Positions 58,528 through 64,000 of a DNA stretch of 64,000 bases are shown in pieces; the first letter of the stretch is position 1; every line of letters begins with the position of its first letter. Both the position numbers and the translations under genes were made by a program. Under the pieces are notes generated by a model. The model made no database searches. It saw only the letters and a program-made list of their open reading frames with translations, and was not told the DNA's origin. This stretch comes from Candidatus Heimdallarchaeota archaeon. GTDB taxonomy: Archaea > Asgardarchaeota > Heimdallarchaeia > Hodarchaeales > Hodarchaeaceae. The stretch is from assembly GCA_020353515.1 (NCBI GenBank), contig CP070695.1, positions 1,634,200-1,698,199 of the forward strand. Reading direction: 5' to 3'.

Positions 58528-60462
58528 ATGAAAAAATCAAAACTACTAAGTTTAGTAGGTGCAATTGCTCTTCTGACGATTATCTCTGTCAGTAATGTCG
58601 GAGCAGTGACATCTCAAATCAAAACCACAGATAAATGGGCCACTGACTGGCGTCCTTATGGAACCTATGCAGATGAACTGTTATTTGTGGTTTTCACAGA
58701 AGGCGAGACCGCCCTAAAAATGTTAGCACTACAGAGCGGTGAAATCGTCGTAGACGATGAACGAATTCAATCAGATTACCTCGCTGCTCTTGTTCGAGAT
58801 CCTAATATTGAGGTTACTTTTGCCCCAGGTTTAAGATATCGAGTAATTACCTTAAACTGTGAGAAATTCCCCACTAACATCACAGGATACCGACGAGCGG
58901 TAGCTTTTGCTTATGACAAGTATAGAGCAAACATGGAAGCTATCGGAGGCGTTGGTTTACAATTAGACAGCTACATGCCATGGACTGCTACAGAATGGGA
59001 AGTCGAAAGCCAAATCGGGGGTGAATTCTATGACGCAGATTATGCTGCAGGTAATAGGTCGCTTGAGAAAGCTGGTTTTAGAGACTTAGATGGCGATGGT
59101 TGGCGTGAATACGATAAGAACAATAACAACGTGTGGGATGCAGGTGTGGATATAGACGATAACGATCCTCTCCTTGCTATCGAGATGGGCGCCACCTCAG
59201 GTTATGATCCAGCTATTATCGCTGTTACAATCGCTGTTGAAGGCCTTGCACAGATGGGTATGCGCGCTACAGTCGTTGAAAAGGACTTTGGACTCCTTCT
59301 AGACGAGCTCTTACTCGGGCAAGCCTCCTGTGCTTGCTGGACTGAAGGTATCCCCAATATCAATACGATCAAACAAATGTACGACCGATTCCACAGAAGC
59401 GGAGCAGATTGGGACTATTATCGGTTCACAAACGAAACTATCGAGGAACAACTTGAACTTATGGTGAATTCTACGACCACAGAAGATGTCAAGAAATACG
59501 GCCTCGAAGCCAGTAAACTGCTACTCTTTGAACAACCTCAGATTGTCGTCTATAACGACGCTATTGTTGAGGCCCGTCGTAATGACGTATGGGAAGGCTT
59601 CTTTGAACAAAAAGGTGCTGGATACTGCAATGGAGATAACCCTTGGGTTGGTGTTAAAGTCCGCCTACAAACTGGTGAACTGGGTGGAACACTCCGCTAT
59701 GCATGTTCAGACAATCTCAACACTTTGAATGTCATGATGTTACAAACAGGTTACGAAGCTTTGGTTTACCAATATATCTGGGAAGGCTTATATAATGTCG
59801 AGCCAGAGACATGGGACATCATCCCTGGGTTAGCTTATGACTGGGAAGTTGAAACCACCACTGCAGACGCTGCTACTGGTATCCAAGACGGTGAGAAGTA
59901 CACCTTCTACCTGTACGAAAACGAAACCTGGCATGATGGAGAAGACTTCACCGCTGAAGACGTCAAGTTCACCTACGAGAACGTATGGAATTGGAGCTTG
60001 AACTACAATGTAGAAGCCGATTTTGTCTACAGAATTGATATGCCTGATGGTGCTGATGGACACGTTGTCGAAATGTATGTTAACCAGACAGGGTATTTCA
60101 TGTGGGCTGAAGTTGCAGGCGCTACTATTGTCCCAGAGCATATCTGGAGCTCAGAGGCAGCACAAGAAAATGTTTCAGCATTTGTACCAACATCTGATGA
60201 AATGATCGGTACTGGCCCCTATAAGTGGAATCAACGTGTACCTGGTGAATACATCAGTCTCCTCCGCCATGGTGACTGGCGCTGGGATATTCGTGATGTA
60301 CCTGAACCAGAAGAACCAACCACAGAACCAACAGAACCAACAGAAGCAACAAAGACAAAAACAAAGACTAAAACAGATGAACCTGGGCCTGGATTTGAGC
60401 TTATTCCAGCATTCGCTGTATTTGTAACTGCTGCACTTTTCATCAGAAAGAGAAGAAAGTAA
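58528..60462 (+). CDS. dppA: Peptide ABC transporter substrate-binding protein (family 5), PGF-CTERM anchored
   Basis: PGLAYDW, TWHDGEDFTAEDVKFT, IGTGPYK, RRAVAFAYD; signal peptide; Thr/Pro linker then PGF-TM-KRRK. Confidence 0.92.
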   Translation: MKKSKLLSLVGAIALLTIISVSNVGAVTSQIKTTDKWATDWRPYGTYADELLFVVFTEGETALKMLALQSGEIVVDDERIQSDYLAALVRDPNIEVTFAPGLRYRVITLNCEKFPTNITGYRRAVAFAYDKYRANMEAIGGVGLQLDSYMPWTATEWEVESQIGGEFYDADYAAGNRSLEKAGFRDLDGDGWREYDKNNNNVWDAGVDIDDNDPLLAIEMGATSGYDPAIIAVTIAVEGLAQMGMRATVVEKDFGLLLDELLLGQASCACWTEGIPNINTIKQMYDRFHRSGADWDYYRFTNETIEEQLELMVNSTTTEDVKKYGLEASKLLLFEQPQIVVYNDAIVEARRNDVWEGFFEQKGAGYCNGDNPWVGVKVRLQTGELGGTLRYACSDNLNTLNVMMLQTGYEALVYQYIWEGLYNVEPETWDIIPGLAYDWEVETTTADAATGIQDGEKYTFYLYENETWHDGEDFTAEDVKFTYENVWNWSLNYNVEADFVYRIDMPDGADGHVVEMYVNQTGYFMWAEVAGATIVPEHIWSSEAAQENVSAFVPTSDEMIGTGPYKWNQRVPGEYISLLRHGDWRWDIRDVPEPEEPTTEPTEPTEATKTKTKTKTDEPGPGFELIPAFAVFVTAALFIRKRRK

Positions 60463-60465
60463 TCA

Positions 60466-60498
60466 CTTTCCTCTAATTCTCTCTTTTTTTTTTTATTC
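60466..60498 (+). terminator. Pyrimidine/oligo-T terminator after dppA
   Basis: Pyrimidine tract with a run of about 10 T starting ~20 nt after the stop. Confidence 0.55.
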
Positions 60499-60607
60499 AA
60501 CTAGGGGAGTCTGGTCTTGTTTTTGGATTTACATTGGTCTTCAATAGTTGACCACGTAGCGACATCTAAAAATAATCTCTCCCCACTAGTAGATGGGTGG
60601 GTGCTCT

Positions 60608-61342
60608 TTATTTGGGCAACTTTAAAGCCTTTAAGAAATCGTTGACCCATTCAGTGAATGTGACCGTTTCTTTTAGAATACGATTAACAGTAATCTCATA
60701 TTCTTCTGCTGCTGTTTCAGTTGGTATGATTAAAAAGGAGTCCTTATTTTCTATGGCTTGTAATCTCACCATAGGCTTGTCTACTTTAGAAGCATCATCT
60801 GCAGTCGCTAATTCGAGTTCTAGAAGAAATAAGAAATCCTTTGCTTTTACATCTTTAAACCCATATTTCTCCATATATTGTTCTGGTGATAAATCAAGAA
60901 TTATACGACTCCATTCTGTTATCCAGTATTCATCCGTGAACCAATATTCTAAAAATTCTTTTTGACGGGCACGAATTTCACTCAAAACAACCATATAGCG
61001 AATCATTCCCTCTCTGACTCTCTTCATCAAATTAAGCCCAGGATAATCATAAAGCTCATTTAGTTTTGCCCTTTCTTCGCTTAAAAGAACCATAATTTTA
61101 ACAATTTCTTCTAATTCGTGTTCTGTATCAATGGGGACATAATTCGAGACTTTTTCTAACCACTTAATTGTGTTGGACACTTCTTGTTCACTTACTTCTT
61201 TTCCCTTTGCTGCTTCTAATGTTCGTTGAACTATACTTTTATTACGAATAAGAAGCTCCTGTTCTTTTGTTGGTTTTTTTCCACGTCTTCCTAGTATTTT
61301 CTCAATATTGACAGTTATAAAGCGATCTTTTTGAAATTCCAC
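60608..61342 (-). CDS. Hypothetical soluble protein
   Basis: 244-aa ORF, GGGTGA SD before GTG; no family recognised. Confidence 0.75.
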   Translation of the reverse strand: MEFQKDRFITVNIEKILGRRGKKPTKEQELLIRNKSIVQRTLEAAKGKEVSEQEVSNTIKWLEKVSNYVPIDTEHELEEIVKIMVLLSEERAKLNELYDYPGLNLMKRVREGMIRYMVVLSEIRARQKEFLEYWFTDEYWITEWSRIILDLSPEQYMEKYGFKDVKAKDFLFLLELELATADDASKVDKPMVRLQAIENKDSFLIIPTETAAEEYEITVNRILKETVTFTEWVNDFLKALKLPK

Positions 61343-61555
61343 TTTTCAATTCACCCTATCTATTAATGTAAGTTTGAAGGTATACCAAATTAAGTAATTT
61401 TATAGTTTTTACTGTTTTACTCATTTGTTACGAATCTGCATAAAATATTTTTTATAGATGCTGGGTTCAATGGAAAATTCTAATAACAGTAACAAAAAGA
61501 TATGACCATCTATTATTGCTTAATAGATTATCTGCATGAGAGTTGAAAGATTAAC

Positions 61556-62503
61556 ATGACCCGAGTCATAGCAATAACTGGGGCAGCAGGGTATCTTGGT
61601 CAGCACTTAATTCAGTATTTAAATCGAGTATGCTCTGATATCGAGCTTTTTGTCGCGATAGATATACAAAAAATAGCATACTTCCCTGAAATTCCTCTTA
61701 TCTCCTATAAAATTGATGTTAGAGACAACTTTTTTTCAGTTCTTGAAGACCATGGAGTTACAGATCTGATTCATATGGCATGGATCCTTAATCCAATTCA
61801 TAATGTGAAGAAAGCATACAAGATAGACGTCGAGGGGACAAAAAATGTATTGAAAGAAGGGAGTAAAGCAAATGTCGATTATTTTCTTCACACATCCTCA
61901 ACATTGGCGTATGGTGCTCATCCAGATAATCCCTATCCATTATCAGAGTCGGATCCGCTCAGAGGAAACCAAAAATTCCATTATTCGCACCATAAAGTCT
62001 TAGCAGAACAAGTTGTTGATGAATTTAGGACAAAAAACAACAATAATATGAAAATTGGTAAGATTCGACCCTCTGCTATATTATCCTATGACAGCGAGAA
62101 TTTTGTTGCGAACATCCTTAGAGGAGGATGGCGGACATTCTTTTTAATGCCTTATCCAAATGAAGATACTCCAATTCAGTTTCTTCATTTGAAGGATGCG
62201 CTTGAAGGCTTTAGGTTCATGTTGGATCAAAGGTTAGAGGGAGTATATAATGTATGTCCAAATACAGATGTATTGGTCGGTCAAATTCCAAGAATCTTAA
62301 ACGGACGTGGAGTAAAGGTTCCCTTACGTTTATTAAAGGGACTTCTCTGGATTCAATGGAAACTCCGTCTCTCACAAGCCCCTCCAGCTTATTTAGACTT
62401 TGTGGCTTATCCATTTGTGGCATCAAACCAAAAAGTAAAAAATCTGGGATATTCGCCAAAATATTCAACTGAAGAGGTTCTTCTATCCTTTAAAGGAAAA
62501 TAA
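61556..62503 (+). CDS. NAD-dependent epimerase/dehydratase (extended SDR)
   Basis: TGAAGYLG nucleotide-binding motif, HTSS, YSHHK (YxxxK), GVYNV. Confidence 0.9.
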   Translation: MTRVIAITGAAGYLGQHLIQYLNRVCSDIELFVAIDIQKIAYFPEIPLISYKIDVRDNFFSVLEDHGVTDLIHMAWILNPIHNVKKAYKIDVEGTKNVLKEGSKANVDYFLHTSSTLAYGAHPDNPYPLSESDPLRGNQKFHYSHHKVLAEQVVDEFRTKNNNNMKIGKIRPSAILSYDSENFVANILRGGWRTFFLMPYPNEDTPIQFLHLKDALEGFRFMLDQRLEGVYNVCPNTDVLVGQIPRILNGRGVKVPLRLLKGLLWIQWKLRLSQAPPAYLDFVAYPFVASNQKVKNLGYSPKYSTEEVLLSFKGK

Positions 62504-62520
62504 ATGCATCGAAAGGAAAT

Positions 62521-63294
62521 TTATTCCAGTCCTTGAAAAAAATGAATTGTACGAGAAAATAACTCTCCCTTGTACAAATCTTCATTCATAATTGGATGTG
62601 AGGCTCCTTCTACATACCATAATTTCTTTGTTGAAGACTTAATGGAATCATAAATTATCTTCGCACTTTTGTATGACACTGCTTCATCAGCTGTGCCTTG
62701 GATAATGAAAGCAGGGCACGTTACCTTGTGTAGTGATTTTTTTACTTGCTTCAATCCTTCTAAAATTACCAACCCTAGTGATGTTGGAATCCAGTCATAT
62801 CCTATCCAACCCTTTGCTTTTAGCTCAACTGGTGCAGGACTAGTATATTTTTCAGGGATAACCTTTTTAATTAATGGATCCTTGTTAATTATCGGTAAAA
62901 AGGATAATAAACGGTTTTTCACACTTATTGCAGCCGCCCAAGTCGTAATTGCAGTAACCTCCTTTTGTTCCGAAGCCAATAGCAAAGTTAAGATTCCTCC
63001 CATGGAATGACCAACAACGAAGATATTAACACAATTTTGGTGGAGTTGTTTGAATCCTTCTCGGGCATCGGTCATCCAGTCAGTAAATGACACGTCAAAA
63101 AGATCTTCTGGCCGTGTCCCGAACCCTTTTAACGCGGGAAGTAGTATAGTAGCTCCCGTTTCGGAATGAAGAAGGTGTGCGAATTCTTTCAGGTCCCATG
63201 TTGTGCCTCCGCCAGCACCGTGTAATAATAAATATCCAGTGTTTGATCCCTCTATAAAAAGAGGTTCAGCTCCGTCCAAATATTGTGCTGACAC
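62521..63294 (-). CDS. Alpha/beta hydrolase, carboxylesterase/monoacylglycerol lipase-like
   Basis: LLLHG, GHSMGG nucleophile, IQGTAD, SH catalytic His. Confidence 0.9.
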   Translation of the reverse strand: MSAQYLDGAEPLFIEGSNTGYLLLHGAGGGTTWDLKEFAHLLHSETGATILLPALKGFGTRPEDLFDVSFTDWMTDAREGFKQLHQNCVNIFVVGHSMGGILTLLLASEQKEVTAITTWAAAISVKNRLLSFLPIINKDPLIKKVIPEKYTSPAPVELKAKGWIGYDWIPTSLGLVILEGLKQVKKSLHKVTCPAFIIQGTADEAVSYKSAKIIYDSIKSSTKKLWYVEGASHPIMNEDLYKGELFSRTIHFFQGLE

Positions 63295-63314
63295 GTTTTA
63301 ACCAACTCAGTCAG

Positions 63315-64000
63315 TTATTGTATCTTTTCTAAAATCCAATCTCCAACAGGTTGATGCCTATGAATTGCTGGGTAAATCTTAATCGCGTGTTTTGCTGATT
63401 CTATGAAATCTGGAATTGCTTTGATGACTTTTTTAATTGCAGAAGTGAAAGGATAGACCATATGATCACACGGAAATTCTTTTTGAGAGAAATTTTGAAG
63501 GGTTTTATATTCAAATTCTTCAAAAAGGGCACTATTCCGAGGTACAACCTTATCATAAGTACCAACAGCATTTAACCACAATAAGTTCGGATTTAATGGA
63601 GGCAGAGTGTTTAAGGATTGTAATAAATGACTAGTGTGAGTTAATTGAAAGAAACCAAGTCCTAAATCAGCTGCTAGAGGTTTATGATCCTCTGAAAGGA
63701 ACTTTCTGAGAACATTCACAGTTTCTTCAATTCGTGAAATATCACCAGCCTCCACACCATGATTAGGAACAGTAAGTAAGGCAATTGCTCTAATCATTGA
63801 TTCAATTTGTTTGAGAGGATATGGATGATCTACGTATGGACTCGTAAAATATCGAGAGATGATTCCCCCCATAGAATGAGAAATAATTAACACTGTCTCC
63901 CCTCGTTTTTTGTAGATGAAATCAACAGCTGTTAGGACATCTTCATGAGCTAAGGTTTTAATATTACCAGTAACAGCATTGCTCAAATTTAGAGTCCAAC
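63315..64000 (-). CDS. Alpha/beta hydrolase (lipase/esterase-like), 5'-truncated by window edge
   Basis: SHSMGG, TVPNHG, DKVVP, CDH; the frame stays open to the window end. Confidence 0.82.
   Translation of the reverse strand, partial: WTLNLSNAVTGNIKTLAHEDVLTAVDFIYKKRGETVLIISHSMGGIISRYFTSPYVDHPYPLKQIESMIRAIALLTVPNHGVEAGDISRIEETVNVLRKFLSEDHKPLAADLGLGFFQLTHTSHLLQSLNTLPPLNPNLLWLNAVGTYDKVVPRNSALFEEFEYKTLQNFSQKEFPCDHMVYPFTSAIKKVIKAIPDFIESAKHAIKIYPAIHRHQPVGDWILEKIQ

Noticed and set aside
60301-60380. Short tandem DNA repeats (ACAGAACCA, ACAAAG)
   Set aside because: Simply encode the Pro/Thr/Glu/Lys linker of DppA
668-63010. Numerous 60-213 aa ORFs antisense to or nested in large genes (e.g. 15890-16531, 30833-31366, 51580-52098)
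   Set aside because: Shadow frames of well-supported CDSs with no independent motifs

Overview
AT-rich archaeal-style DNA. Evidence: GGAGG/AGGTGA ribosome-binding sites, ATGA gene overlaps, oligo-T terminators, PGF-CTERM-like tails, and many NxS/T sequons. By protein style it is most likely an Asgard archaeon (Heimdallarchaeia/Hodarchaeales-like); this assignment is inference only. The window is dominated by a ~40.5 kb minus-strand locus (5360-45907) of seven large genes in two coupled operons, A-B-C and B'-A'-D-E. A and A' (~2200 aa) have a signal peptide, a degenerate caspase/CHAT-like domain, a long amphipathic helical region, an amphipathic beta-strand region, TSP3-like Ca2+ repeats, an Ig domain and a TM anchor. 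B and B' (~3150 aa) are membrane-anchored FG-GAP multi-beta-propeller proteins with swappable inserts (C-type lectins, lamin-tail domain, jelly-roll). C is a PPC-repeat anchored protein. D is a single-pass beta-helix/Ig protein with a cytoplasmic TPR tail. E is an all-TPR cytoplasmic protein. This looks like a duplicated, modular cell-surface adhesion/capture apparatus with a signalling or scaffold arm. The flanks carry a thrice-repeated 31-bp site around a cassette-like membrane gene, an SBBP/Ig surface protein, an orphan extended FtsX/MacB permease, a split Dpp/Opp ABC transporter with an unusual DppC, an extended SDR and two alpha/beta hydrolases. No rRNA, tRNA, CRISPR array or transposase was recognised. 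All domain calls are by-eye motif recognition, not database searches.
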